Source: a virus (Duplodnaviria > Heunggongvirae > Uroviricota > Caudoviricetes). From it: a DNA stretch of 64,000 bases. The DNA lies in IMG/VR virus record IMGVR_UViG_3300027151_000220; one strand, given 5' to 3'. How positions within the stretch are numbered: position 1 is the stretch's first letter; every line of letters starts with the position of its first letter. Shown one piece after another: positions 28,949-37,477 of this stretch. The notes beneath the pieces were generated by a model. The model worked only from the letters and a program-made list of their open reading frames with translations. It was not told where the DNA came from and searched no databases. A program made the translations under genes and the position numbers.

Positions 28949-30118
28949 ATGGCAAAAATTACTGAGCAACAAAAAGCATTCTTCGAAGATAAACTCTTTG
29001 AGATGTTCCCTGATACAAAAACTACTGGTACAGTTACACGCAAGCAATTGCTGGAAGTTCGTGCCAAAAACAAAATCGACTACCACCCATTGTGGCTAAT
29101 GCAAGATGTTGTTGGTCGTGGTTTATATTCAATTAATGGTGGTAAACCTTCTACTGTTGTAGTTGGAAATACTGTGGTAAAAACTAAATCTGAACCTGTA
29201 GAGTCTTTCGTGGTTGATTACACAAACACTGCATCATTGATTCCTAAGAAGGATTCAAACTTCGTCCCTTTCGGTAGCTACTCCGACTTGGAAGTTATTA
29301 TCAAGTCTGGTATTTTCTACCCTGCATATATTTCTGGTCCAACTGGTAACGGTAAGTCTACCATGGTTGAGCAGATCTGTGCGAAATACAAAAAGCCACT
29401 CATTCGTGTTAACCTAAACATGATGACTGACGAAGAACAACTTATCGGCTCCAAAACATTGGAGAATGGTAACGTAGAAATTGTTGAAGGACCAGTTCTA
29501 ATCGCTATGCGTACTGGTACTACTCTGTTGCTTGACGAAATTGATGCTGGCTCTGCCAACACTCTGTTGTGCTTGCAACCGATTCTCGAGGGTAAACCTT
29601 ACTATTTCAAACTCAAGAATGAGATGATTGTTCCTGCTCCTGGATTCAATGTTATTGCAACTGCGAACACTAAGGGTAAGGGTAGTGACGATGGTCGTTA
29701 TATCGGTACCAACGTATTGAACGAAGCATTCTTGGAGCGATTCGCTGTTACGTTTGAACAGGAATACCCAGCTGCAAAAGTTGAGATTAAGATTATCAAG
29801 AATCTCATGGAAACTTATTCGTGTATTGACGAAGAGTTTGCAGAGACCCTTGTAAAGTGGGCTGATGCTATCCGTCGCACTTTCGAGGATGGTGGTGTGG
29901 ATGAAACAATTACGACTCGTCGTATGATCCATATCGTTCGTGCATTTGCAATCTTCAAGAACAGGGAGAAAGCAGTCCAACTTTGTTGCAATCGTTTTGA
30001 TGCTGCAACGAAAGCTGCATTTATTGACCTGTATGATAAAGTTGCAAACCCGCAACCAGAACCTGTAGCAGTGGAAGCACCTGTTGTGCAAGAACCTGCT
30101 CAGGAAATCCCATTTTAA
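28949..30118 (+). CDS. cobS: CobS-like / MoxR-family AAA ATPase
   Basis: Walker A ISGPTGNGKST, Walker B LLLDEIDAG, MoxR-like length and motif spacing. Adjacent to the VWA partner. Confidence 0.7.
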   Translation: MAKITEQQKAFFEDKLFEMFPDTKTTGTVTRKQLLEVRAKNKIDYHPLWLMQDVVGRGLYSINGGKPSTVVVGNTVVKTKSEPVESFVVDYTNTASLIPKKDSNFVPFGSYSDLEVIIKSGIFYPAYISGPTGNGKSTMVEQICAKYKKPLIRVNLNMMTDEEQLIGSKTLENGNVEIVEGPVLIAMRTGTTLLLDEIDAGSANTLLCLQPILEGKPYYFKLKNEMIVPAPGFNVIATANTKGKGSDDGRYIGTNVLNEAFLERFAVTFEQEYPAAKVEIKIIKNLMETYSCIDEEFAETLVKWADAIRRTFEDGGVDETITTRRMIHIVRAFAIFKNREKAVQLCCNRFDAATKAAFIDLYDKVANPQPEPVAVEAPVVQEPAQEIPF

Positions 30119-30120
30119 AC

Positions 30121-30149
30121 TTGACAAATAATCAGGTTTAAGGTAGAAT
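30121..30149 (+). promoter_or_regulatory. early promoter TTGACA-N17-TAGAAT
   Basis: TTGACAaataatcaggtttaaggTAGAAT. Same AAATAATCAGGTTT flank as the promoter at 37879. Confidence 0.5.
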
Positions 30150-30191
30150 TGTTATTGTAGTTGATTATTAACTTTGAAAGGTGTATATATT

Positions 30192-30629
30192 ATGAAAAAC
30201 TTTGCTGATCTGTCTAAAGCACAAAAAGCATTTTGCGTGCGTATTCTTGACGTATGTCCACAGTATAAGACTAAGAAAGATCTTACTTGGAAAGAGTTGC
30301 TTGCTGGTTACTTTCTTCTGAAAGAACAGCGTGGCTCTACTGGTGAGAAACTTGGTTTCCCCATGTGGCTCCAGAAAACTAACATCGTAGGTCGTGGTAC
30401 TTATCAAATGCCATGGCCATCGGAGAAAGAACTTTCTGACTTCGTCGCTGCCAAGTCTGCTCCCAAAGCAGTTAAAGTGAAACAACCCAAAGCCATTAAG
30501 GTTAAGACTCCTAAAGCAGTTGCTCCCAAGAAAACTCGTCTTGAGAAAATTGTTGATGAGTCTAATGTTCACGATGCTGATGTTGAAGATTTCAACGCAA
30601 TCCTTCGTGAGAATGGCATCGAAGTTTAA
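30192..30629 (+). CDS. hypothetical DNA-binding protein with histone H1-like Lys/Ala/Pro-rich tail
   Basis: ATG 30192 with SD AAAGGTG. The track start 30174 is a TTG. C-terminal PKAVKVKQPKAIKVKTPKAVAPKK repeats. Confidence 0.45.
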   Translation: MKNFADLSKAQKAFCVRILDVCPQYKTKKDLTWKELLAGYFLLKEQRGSTGEKLGFPMWLQKTNIVGRGTYQMPWPSEKELSDFVAAKSAPKAVKVKQPKAIKVKTPKAVAPKKTRLEKIVDESNVHDADVEDFNAILRENGIEV

Positions 30630-30644
30630 TCTTCTATTTTCTAG

Positions 30645-30685
30645 TCGGGAGAGGGAATGCCATCACTTCTCCCGATCTTTTTTTT
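30645..30685 (+). terminator. rho-independent terminator
   Basis: TCGGGAGA...TCTCCCGA stem followed by a T8 run. Confidence 0.75.
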
Positions 30686-30715
30686 GATGGCTGTTTATTA
30701 TGGAGATATTATATA

Positions 30716-30967
30716 ATGTCCAAGCAAAATCTTTTATTGAAGCACCTACAAGCAGGTAAGCAGTTTACTGCCAAGCAGATCTCTGCATCTTTCGGTATCG
30801 CCCACCCAGCTTCTACCATTCGTAACTTGCGTGAGCAAGGCTACTGTGTTTATTCAAACCCAGCAGTAGTAAATGGTACTGAAGTTGTTAAGTATCGTAT
30901 GGGTCAACCATCACGTCGTATCGTTGGTCTTGCAGCCAAGATCGCAGGTTCACGTCTGTTTGCATAA
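30716..30967 (+). CDS. hypothetical small basic protein (possible winged-helix DNA binder)
   Basis: 83-aa ORF. Basic composition. Confidence 0.3.
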   Translation: MSKQNLLLKHLQAGKQFTAKQISASFGIAHPASTIRNLREQGYCVYSNPAVVNGTEVVKYRMGQPSRRIVGLAAKIAGSRLFA

Positions 30968-31108
30968 TTTGAGTCGTATCTCTACAGGACAACTGCGTCC
31001 TTTCGCTGAGCAGACTTTAAACTAAAGAGCGATAAACAGATGCAGTCTATTTTTGCTGGTTACAGACTATAAAGAAAAACCAGTACTAATTTTTGTAGTG
31101 GAGAAATA

Positions 31109-31447
31109 ATGGCAACTAAAGAAGAAATTAAAAAATCCCAAAACGCCACTACAGGTGGTCGTAAATTTGATGGTAACAAACTACAATATGGTTTGTTACC
31201 TCCACTTGCATTGAAAGCAACTGTAGAAATTCTAACATTTGGTGCGGAGAAATACGAACCAGATAATTGGAAACATGTTCCAGATTCAAAGCGTAGATAC
31301 TTTGATGCAATGCAAAGACATCTGTGGGCATGGAAAGAGGGAGAACAAAACGATCCTGAAACCAGCAAGAATCATTTGGCACACGCAATGTGCTGTCTAA
31401 TGTTCTTGTACGAACACGATGTGAAATATTCAAAGGATGAGAAATGA
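31109..31447 (+). CDS. hypothetical conserved phage protein
   Basis: 112-aa ORF with SD GGAGAAATAATG. Trp/His-rich motifs (WKHVPDSKRRYFDAMQRHLWAW). Confidence 0.35.
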   Translation: MATKEEIKKSQNATTGGRKFDGNKLQYGLLPPLALKATVEILTFGAEKYEPDNWKHVPDSKRRYFDAMQRHLWAWKEGEQNDPETSKNHLAHAMCCLMFLYEHDVKYSKDEK

Positions 31448-31620
31448 TGAAGATCGTTACATCATTCGCTATTATTTTTGCTATCTTTTATTTTGGCATT
31501 CAAGCATTTTGTGCGTTGACTGGTAAACAGAAGTGGCATGTTTCTAAACTTTTATCATACAGTTTAGTGTGTGCAGTTCTGACTGGTTTATTTTTGGTCG
31601 GTATCGTTGTTTTATTTTAA
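31444..31620 (+). CDS. small membrane protein (58 aa, two predicted TM helices)
   Basis: ATGATG overlapping the upstream stop. MMKIVTSFAIIFAIFYFGIQAFCALTGKQKWHVSKLLSYSLVCAVLTGLFLVGIVVLF. Not in the ORF track because it is under 60 aa. Confidence 0.35.
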   Translation: MMKIVTSFAIIFAIFYFGIQAFCALTGKQKWHVSKLLSYSLVCAVLTGLFLVGIVVLF

Positions 31621-31630
31621 GGAAATTATT

Positions 31631-32422
31631 ATGAAGAAAAGTGTTCTTGCTATTGCCATGCTGGCTGTTTTTGCCACTGGTTGCACTCGTATTGAAACAG
31701 GTGAAGTCGGTGTTCGTGTTGGATTTGACAAGCAAGTCCAGCAAGGAGAGTTGCTTCCTGGATCTTTTAATCAAGTGTTGATCGGTGATGTTCTTACATT
31801 CCCTATCAAAGATGTTAATGTTAAACTTGACGACATGACCCCTGTTGCCAAAGACAACAGCACTATGAAAGACTTTGATGCTGTGGTTATCTATAACATT
31901 AATCAAGCACAAGTTGCTGAACTCTATAGTCAAAAGAGTCAAGCATTCCACGCTAAACACAATGGCGATATTTACCTGATGTATAATTACATTGTTCAAA
32001 CTGCACGTAATGCTATTTACAAAGAAGCACGTAAGTACGAAGCACTGGATATGGCGGACAATCGTCAAGCAATGGAACAAGCAATCAGAGAGCAGATTCA
32101 AAAGAGTCTTGCTGATGAGAAACTTGATGGAAGTCTAATTATCGGACAGGTTCTTATTCGTAACATCGTTCCTGCTGATTCGGTTGTAGCATCTGCCAAT
32201 GAATTGGTTCGTGCAAAGAATGAATTCAAACAGAAAGAAGTAGAAGTACAGACTGCTCGTAAAGAAGCTGAGCGGATGGCTGCTCTTGCAAATAACTCTG
32301 CGAGTTCCATTGCGTTTATGAATGCTCAAGCTGCATTGAATATCTCTGAAGGTATTAAGAATGGCAAGGTTCAGACTATTGTTGTTCCAAGCAATATGAC
32401 TGGTTTGATGATTGGAAAATAA
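31631..32422 (+). CDS. SPFH/band-7 (prohibitin/stomatin-like) domain lipoprotein
   Basis: N-terminal signal peptide MKKSVLAIAMLAVFATGC with lipobox-like ATGC. Central band-7 domain followed by a coiled-coil C-terminus. SD AAGGAAA before ATG 31631. Confidence 0.6.
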   Translation: MKKSVLAIAMLAVFATGCTRIETGEVGVRVGFDKQVQQGELLPGSFNQVLIGDVLTFPIKDVNVKLDDMTPVAKDNSTMKDFDAVVIYNINQAQVAELYSQKSQAFHAKHNGDIYLMYNYIVQTARNAIYKEARKYEALDMADNRQAMEQAIREQIQKSLADEKLDGSLIIGQVLIRNIVPADSVVASANELVRAKNEFKQKEVEVQTARKEAERMAALANNSASSIAFMNAQAALNISEGIKNGKVQTIVVPSNMTGLMIGK

Positions 32423-32493
32423 ATTTTACTTTTAATCAGTTTGAAGGTAAAATGAGAATACATAGTTATGTTACATATGAATAGGAGAAGTAA

Positions 32494-33147
32494 ATGAAGT
32501 TATCTAAAGAAACAGTTGCAGTAATTAAAAACTTTGCTGGTATTAATAGCAATCTGTTGTTGAAGCAAGGTAATAAACTTGCAACCATCTCATCACAGAA
32601 AAATGTGATGGCTGACACTACAGTGGCAGAAACATTTCCCGACTTTGGCATCTACGATCTCAATGAGTTCTTGGGTGCCATGTCTTTGTTCGAAGATCCT
32701 GAACTTGAGTTCGGTGAGAAGTTCGTTACAATCAAACAAGGTAAGAGTACGATTAAATACTTCGCTGCATCACCTGAAGTATTGACTGCTCCGCAGAAAG
32801 CAATCACATTCCCTGAAGCAGAGATTAACTTCAAACTAACTGCTACTCAGTTGGATATGCTTCGTAAGACTGCAGGTGTTCTTCGCAGTGAAGACCTATC
32901 AATCATCGGTGATGGTTCAACTATCATTGCTGTCGTTGGCGATAAGAAGAATGCTACCGCAAATAGTTTCAATGAAACTGTTGGTACCACAAACAAAACT
33001 TTCAAAGCAAACTTGAAGGTTGAGAACCTAAAGATGCTTCCTGGAGATTATGATGTTAGCATTTCTTCCAAGAAGATCTCTCGCTTCAAAGGTGCTGGTG
33101 ATTTGGTTTATTATGTAGCCGTTGAAGCTGACTCTACATTTGAGTGA
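32494..33147 (+). CDS. gp45: sliding clamp
   Basis: Near-colinear match to T4 gp45: MKLSKETVAVIKNFAGINS / MKLSKDTTALLKNFATINS, YDLNEFLGAMSL / YDLNGFLGILSL, YYVAVEADSTFE / YVVALEADSTHDF. 217 aa. Confidence 0.9.
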   Translation: MKLSKETVAVIKNFAGINSNLLLKQGNKLATISSQKNVMADTTVAETFPDFGIYDLNEFLGAMSLFEDPELEFGEKFVTIKQGKSTIKYFAASPEVLTAPQKAITFPEAEINFKLTATQLDMLRKTAGVLRSEDLSIIGDGSTIIAVVGDKKNATANSFNETVGTTNKTFKANLKVENLKMLPGDYDVSISSKKISRFKGAGDLVYYVAVEADSTFE

Positions 33148-33152
33148 GATCA

Positions 33153-33797
33153 ATGACTCGAACAGATATATTCACCTATCCTATTTGGCAGTGGAAAGAT
33201 CTGCCAATAGATAATGAAAAAATATCTAGCCATGCTTATACACTAAGAAGTAAAGATCCTGAGCATAGAAACCCAGAGGGACATAGTAAATATTCTTTAA
33301 AGTGGAAGAGTTATAATTTAACTAAAAAAGACTTTTTAGCATTCCCAGAAACTAAAAAGTTAATTGGTTTAATTTTTGAAAATGCAAAGACTTGTTTTAA
33401 TGAGTTAAATCCAAGACCAACAGTTAATTTGGTTTTGGATTCTTGTTGGTTCAATATATATCCTCCAGGATCTAATCTAGAAAGCCATCCACATCCAGGG
33501 AATGTATTAGCTGGATCATACTACCCTAAAGTACCTTTAGAATCTGGCGATCTGGTTTATTTGCATCCAGATATTAGTACATATTTTAATTATGCAGCCA
33601 AATATTTCCATAACAGAAATAATATAACTGCAGTTAAACATTACGTTACACCAGTTGAAGGTGCGTTAGTTTTAGCACCTGCAAATATTATGCATGCCGT
33701 AAGAGAAAATAAATCTGAAGGTGATAGGATTTCTTTTTCGTTTAATTTTGGGGTTGTTGATGTAGATACCTATACACCCAATGATAGGTATTTTTGA
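33153..33797 (+). CDS. 2OG-Fe(II) oxygenase superfamily protein
   Basis: HPHPGN...D and ...NIMHAV (HxD/H facial triad spacing) with an RISFSFNF C-terminal strand. Family common in marine T4-like phages. Alternative GTG start at 33144. Confidence 0.5.
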   Translation: MTRTDIFTYPIWQWKDLPIDNEKISSHAYTLRSKDPEHRNPEGHSKYSLKWKSYNLTKKDFLAFPETKKLIGLIFENAKTCFNELNPRPTVNLVLDSCWFNIYPPGSNLESHPHPGNVLAGSYYPKVPLESGDLVYLHPDISTYFNYAAKYFHNRNNITAVKHYVTPVEGALVLAPANIMHAVRENKSEGDRISFSFNFGVVDVDTYTPNDRYF

Positions 33798-33824
33798 TAT
33801 TTAATTTGTTATAAGGAATTTGTT

Positions 33825-34778
33825 ATGATTGAATCACGTGATGATTTGTTTCTTTGGGTAGAGAAATATCGCCCACAGAAAATTGATGATTGTGTTCTCC
33901 CTGAATCGTTGAAACAGACATTCAGGGAATATGTATCTAAAGGACAGCTACCAACATTTTTGTTCTGCGGAACAGCTGGTGTTGGTAAGACTACTATTGC
34001 CAAAGCACTTTGCAATGAAGTCGGAGCAGACTTTATTATGATTAACGGATCTGATGAAGGTCGTTCAATTGACACTCTGCGAACTACAATCAAGAACTTT
34101 GCTTCTACTGTATCCCTGACTGACGCCAAGAAAGTAGTTATCGTTGACGAAGCAGACTATATGAATGCAGAGTCAGTGCAACCTGCTCTTCGTAACTTTA
34201 TTGAGCAGTTCTCTGGCAACTGTTCTTTTATCTTCACCTGTAACTTTAAGAACCGAATCATTGAACCATTGCATAGTCGTTGTGCTGTGATTGAATTCAA
34301 GATTGAATCTAAAGACAAGCAGGAAATTGCTGCAACATTCTTCAAGCGTGCAGCGCAGATTCTCAAACAAGAGAATATTGAGTTTGATCCAAAGGTGGTT
34401 TCTGAACTCATCATTAAACACTTCCCTGACTATCGTCGTATCCTGAACGAACTTCAGCGTTACTCTGTTTCTGGTAAGATTGATTCTGGTATCCTTATCA
34501 ATGCCAGTGCAGAATCTTACAAACAACTTGTCAAAGATATGAAGGAAAAGAACTTCGGTGAAGTTCGCAAGTGGGTTGGAAAGAATAGCGAGTTGGGTAC
34601 TGCTCCATTGTTTCGTGAGTTGTATGATAATGCAGTTGGCAACATGCAAGAAGTGAGCATTCCTCAGTTGATTCTTATTCTTGCAGACTATCAATATAAA
34701 GCAGCATTCGTAGCAGACCAAGAGATAAATATTATGGCAGCACTGACTGAAGTTATGGCTCAGTGTAAATTCAAATAA
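33825..34778 (+). CDS. gp44: clamp loader large subunit (RFC-like AAA+)
   Basis: Walker A CGTAGVGKTT, DEAD-like VVIVDEADYM, SRC motif LHSRC. 317 aa versus T4 gp44 319 aa. Confidence 0.85.
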   Translation: MIESRDDLFLWVEKYRPQKIDDCVLPESLKQTFREYVSKGQLPTFLFCGTAGVGKTTIAKALCNEVGADFIMINGSDEGRSIDTLRTTIKNFASTVSLTDAKKVVIVDEADYMNAESVQPALRNFIEQFSGNCSFIFTCNFKNRIIEPLHSRCAVIEFKIESKDKQEIAATFFKRAAQILKQENIEFDPKVVSELIIKHFPDYRRILNELQRYSVSGKIDSGILINASAESYKQLVKDMKEKNFGEVRKWVGKNSELGTAPLFRELYDNAVGNMQEVSIPQLILILADYQYKAAFVADQEINIMAALTEVMAQCKFK

Positions 34779-34787
34779 GGATATGAT

Positions 34788-35123
34788 ATGGAACTACTCA
34801 TATACATTTTGGTCGCCTTTATGCTTGTTCGTCTTGGTTGGTATCTCAGAGAATTTAAAGCGATTGCTGAAGTTAGAAAAATGCAGCAAGAAGAAACTCT
34901 TGAGGTATTACAAGAACACATTGATGAAATAAAAAAGAAATACCTGCCAATTAAAATTGAGAAGGTAGATCATGGATATTTTGTATATTCACTTCCCGAT
35001 AATACATTTATGGCTCAGGGAACTAATCGCAAAGAACTAGAAGAAAACTTGGATAAAAGATATCCAGGTAAAAAGTTCGCAGCGACTCCTGATAATTTGA
35101 AAGAAGTCGGGTTTGATTCATGA
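34788..35123 (+). CDS. hypothetical membrane-anchored protein
   Basis: N-terminal TM helix MELLIYILVAFMLVRLGWYL, charged C-terminus. ATGA overlap with the next gene. Confidence 0.3.
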   Translation: MELLIYILVAFMLVRLGWYLREFKAIAEVRKMQQEETLEVLQEHIDEIKKKYLPIKIEKVDHGYFVYSLPDNTFMAQGTNRKELEENLDKRYPGKKFAATPDNLKEVGFDS

Positions 35124-35497
35124 GTCCATTTGATTATATTAATGCAATAAATTTCACCAAACAAAACCTATTCGAAGATCCCCAAGCACATAAGGATTAT
35201 AATGCTTGGATCGTGAATAAAGGGTTGTCTTATTTTCCAGATACCCTATTGTACGCCAACGAGATGAATCGCCATTATGGGATTCCAAAGAACTGGCAAT
35301 TTTCGTTTTTGCTAAATAGTATTACTAAAAAGAAAAGATTCAGTAAATGGTCTAAGAAGGATGCCATTTCTGAGTCTTTACGTTTAGTGAAAGAATACTA
35401 TGGGTATTCTAACGAAAAGGCTAAACAGGCATTGAGTGTATTGTCTGATGAGCAGTTGGCTATGATAGAACAAAAATTATATAAAGGTGGAAAATAA
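35120..35497 (+). CDS. gp62: clamp loader small subunit gp62-like
   Basis: NKGLSYFPDTLLYANEMNRHYGIPKNWQFSFLLNSITKKKRFSKWSK aligns to T4 gp62 ([47 protein letters not shown]). Sits between gp44 and regA as in T4. Confidence 0.6.
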   Translation: MSPFDYINAINFTKQNLFEDPQAHKDYNAWIVNKGLSYFPDTLLYANEMNRHYGIPKNWQFSFLLNSITKKKRFSKWSKKDAISESLRLVKEYYGYSNEKAKQALSVLSDEQLAMIEQKLYKGGK

Positions 35498-35499
35498 TC

Positions 35500-35919
35500 A
35501 TGACTGTTGAAATGATTTACTACGACTGGACGCCAGAGTCCATGCTTGAAGTGACTTTACCTGAACCTGACAACTTTCTGAAGGTTCGTGAGACACTTAC
35601 CCGCATCGGGATCGCATCCAGAAAAGAAAAGAAATTATATCAATCCTGCCATATTTTACATAAGCAGGGTAGATACTTTATCGTTCACTTCAAAGAACTA
35701 TTTGCTTTGGATGGTAAAGAATCGAATATCACTTCTGGTGATATTGAGAGAAGAAATGCTATTGCAACATTGTTGGAAGACTGGGAACTGTTGAAGATTC
35801 TTGATTCTAAACGTGCTGACCCTAAAGCATCTCTATCTCAAATTAAAGTGGTCTCTTATAAAGAGAAAGATGAATGGGAATTAGTCCCTAAATATAACAT
35901 TGGTAAGAAGGTAAAATAA
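35500..35919 (+). CDS. regA: translational repressor RegA
   Basis: DNFLKVRETLTRIGIASRKEKKLYQSCHILHKQGRYFIVHFKEL...LLEDWELL...KEKDEWELVPKYNIG is nearly colinear with T4 RegA (EDFLKVKETLTRMGIANNKDKVLWQSCHILHKKGLYYIVHFKEM..LLEDWGLI..KQKHEWKLVPKYTIG). Confidence 0.85.
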   Translation: MTVEMIYYDWTPESMLEVTLPEPDNFLKVRETLTRIGIASRKEKKLYQSCHILHKQGRYFIVHFKELFALDGKESNITSGDIERRNAIATLLEDWELLKILDSKRADPKASLSQIKVVSYKEKDEWELVPKYNIGKKVK

Positions 35920-35920
35920 C

Positions 35921-36097
35921 ATGATTAAACTTGAACTAACAGTTGACGAATGCAATTTGATTCTGCGTGTACTTGGTAAACATCCATTTGAGGAAGTTGT
36001 AACCCTAATCAGCAAAATCAAGCAACAGGGTGAACCACAGGTAGAAGAAATTATTAAGCAACAAGAAGCTGCTGCTACAGAACTTCCTGCTGCCTAA
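35921..36097 (+). CDS. hypothetical small protein (58 aa)
   Basis: TAACATG overlap with the regA stop. Not in the ORF track because it is under 60 aa. Confidence 0.3.
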   Translation: MIKLELTVDECNLILRVLGKHPFEEVVTLISKIKQQGEPQVEEIIKQQEAAATELPAA

Positions 36098-36300
36098 ATA
36101 GATTTACCCATGCAAGTACGCATCCCTCGGGATGGGACATGGTGGTAGTAACCATGTAAAACACTACCAAGAATTCACCTTAGGACCGCTAAGTTACGAA
36201 TCGTTGGTAAAGCTGTCAGTACGTTAAGCTGTCGCTGGAACCAGTAACCAGCATTAACGCTATGCCTTCGGGGTAGCAATTTTAAACTCGCTGAAAAGGA
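36098..36300 (+). ncRNA. candidate structured non-coding RNA / structured 5' leader of the hsp20 operon
   Basis: Longest ORF-free gap in the window (~210 nt) inside an otherwise gap-free gene array. Dense nested stems: CCATG..CATCC-CTCG-GGATG..CATGG, GGTAGT..ACTACC, CTTAG-gaccg-CTAAG, GCTGG-aaccagtaa-CCAGC, GCTATGCC-UUCG-GGGTAGC. Direct repeat AAGCTGTC x2. Confidence 0.3.
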
Positions 36301-36307
36301 GAACAAT

Positions 36308-36532
36308 ATGTTATCAGCATTAAACACATCTATCGATACTGTATCAGGTATCAAAACTCAATTCGTTAAGACTTTCGTTCAAAACGAAGAAGTAGCAAAA
36401 TCCCTCCAAACTTACATCGATGCTCAGCAATCATTTGCTAAGACTGTCGCTAAATCAACTGTAGATTTTTTCACTACAGTAGGTACAGCAGCAACTTCAT
36501 TTGATGCTAAGAAAGTATTCGGAACTAAGTAA
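36308..36532 (+). CDS. hypothetical small protein
   Basis: 74-aa ORF with strong SD AAAAGGAGAA, first gene after the structured region. Confidence 0.4.
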   Translation: MLSALNTSIDTVSGIKTQFVKTFVQNEEVAKSLQTYIDAQQSFAKTVAKSTVDFFTTVGTAATSFDAKKVFGTK

Positions 36533-36542
36533 GGAGAACATT

Positions 36543-37019
36543 ATGAATCGTCAATTTATCCCAAACTTGTGGAATGATAAAGAACTAGAAAAATTCTTTA
36601 TTGGATTTGATAAGACTCTTTCTCAATATAAAGAGATGCATGATCAGATCACCAAAAATATTCCTAACTATCCTCCATACAACATTCGTAAGAACAGTGA
36701 GAACTCATATACAATCGAATTGGCTGTAGCTGGTTTCTCTAAGCAAGACATCGATATCGAGATTGATGGTGGCAAGTTAGTAATCAAAGGTAATGTTAAT
36801 AGCGTATCTGATGATGAAAACTTTGTATTTAAGGGTATTGCTAATCGTGCGTTCACTCGTTGGTTTGCTCTTGAAGATAATGTAGAAGTTAAAGACGCAG
36901 AACTTTTTAATGGTATGTTGAAGATTGCTTTAGAGCGTCTAACACCTGAAGAAAGTAAACCAAAGAAAGTTGCTATTAAGTCTAAAGGTGAGAAACAATT
37001 ATTGAATGAGGAGAAATAA
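36543..37019 (+). CDS. hsp20: small heat-shock protein (Hsp20/alpha-crystallin family)
   Basis: Alpha-crystallin domain: YTIELAVAGFSKQDIDIEIDGGKLVIKG ... AELFNGMLKIALER, a layout similar to IbpA/B. SD AAGGAGAA nearly identical to that of the preceding ORF. The track start 36501 is an over-extension. Confidence 0.8.
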   Translation: MNRQFIPNLWNDKELEKFFIGFDKTLSQYKEMHDQITKNIPNYPPYNIRKNSENSYTIELAVAGFSKQDIDIEIDGGKLVIKGNVNSVSDDENFVFKGIANRAFTRWFALEDNVEVKDAELFNGMLKIALERLTPEESKPKKVAIKSKGEKQLLNEEK

Positions 37020-37233
37020 ATGAAATCATTTTTCCGACATGTCTATGTTGTTTTAAAGGGAATTGGCTATGCTCGTGCTGCTGCAGATGCTGCTCGCAAT
37101 GGTAATCGTGAGCGAGCAACTAAGTTGATGCAGGAGTATGGGAAATGCAAGTAAACAATTGGATTCCCATGACCGATGAAGATTGGGATTGGGTAAACGG
37201 TAAAACGCCACAACCAGTTAAATCATAGAAACT

Positions 37234-37253
37234 AGGGAATCTTCGGATTCCCT
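37234..37253 (+). other. stable hairpin AGGGAATC-UUCG-GATTCCCT without T-run
   Basis: Perfect 8-bp stem with a UUCG tetraloop after two tiny ORFs (37020-37154, 37146-37229). It could be an RNA processing/stability element or a weak terminator. Confidence 0.35.
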
Positions 37254-37264
37254 AAATAATTTCT

Positions 37265-37477
37265 ATGATGAAAGCAAAAATCTCACCAAATCTAATATCC
37301 TTCGTCACGATCCGTCGTGGCAATTGGGTTATGAAAATATCTGTGTATAAAACCAGATATGTGTTATTAGTTGCACAACATTATTATGATAAGGAAAGAT
37401 TTATTATTCAAGAATTTCCAGATCATGACCAAGCAGCATCGTTTATTGATTTTTTAGCGGAGAGTGAAAATGATTAA
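37265..37477 (+). CDS. hypothetical protein
   Basis: 70-aa ORF. Confidence 0.25.
   Translation: MMKAKISPNLISFVTIRRGNWVMKISVYKTRYVLLVAQHYYDKERFIIQEFPDHDQAASFIDFLAESEND

Noticed and set aside
29498-30127. 209-aa minus-strand ORF
   Set aside because: Antisense to the CobS-like ATPase gene. Shadow ORF with Cys/His-rich odd composition.
31544-32101. 185-aa minus-strand ORF
   Set aside because: Antisense to the SPFH lipoprotein gene. No translation signals.
36098-36300. Possible tRNA gene in the structured gap
   Set aside because: No GTTCGAATC-type T-arm, no cloverleaf with anticodon arm, and no 7-bp acceptor stem pairing could be found. Treated as a generic structured RNA instead.
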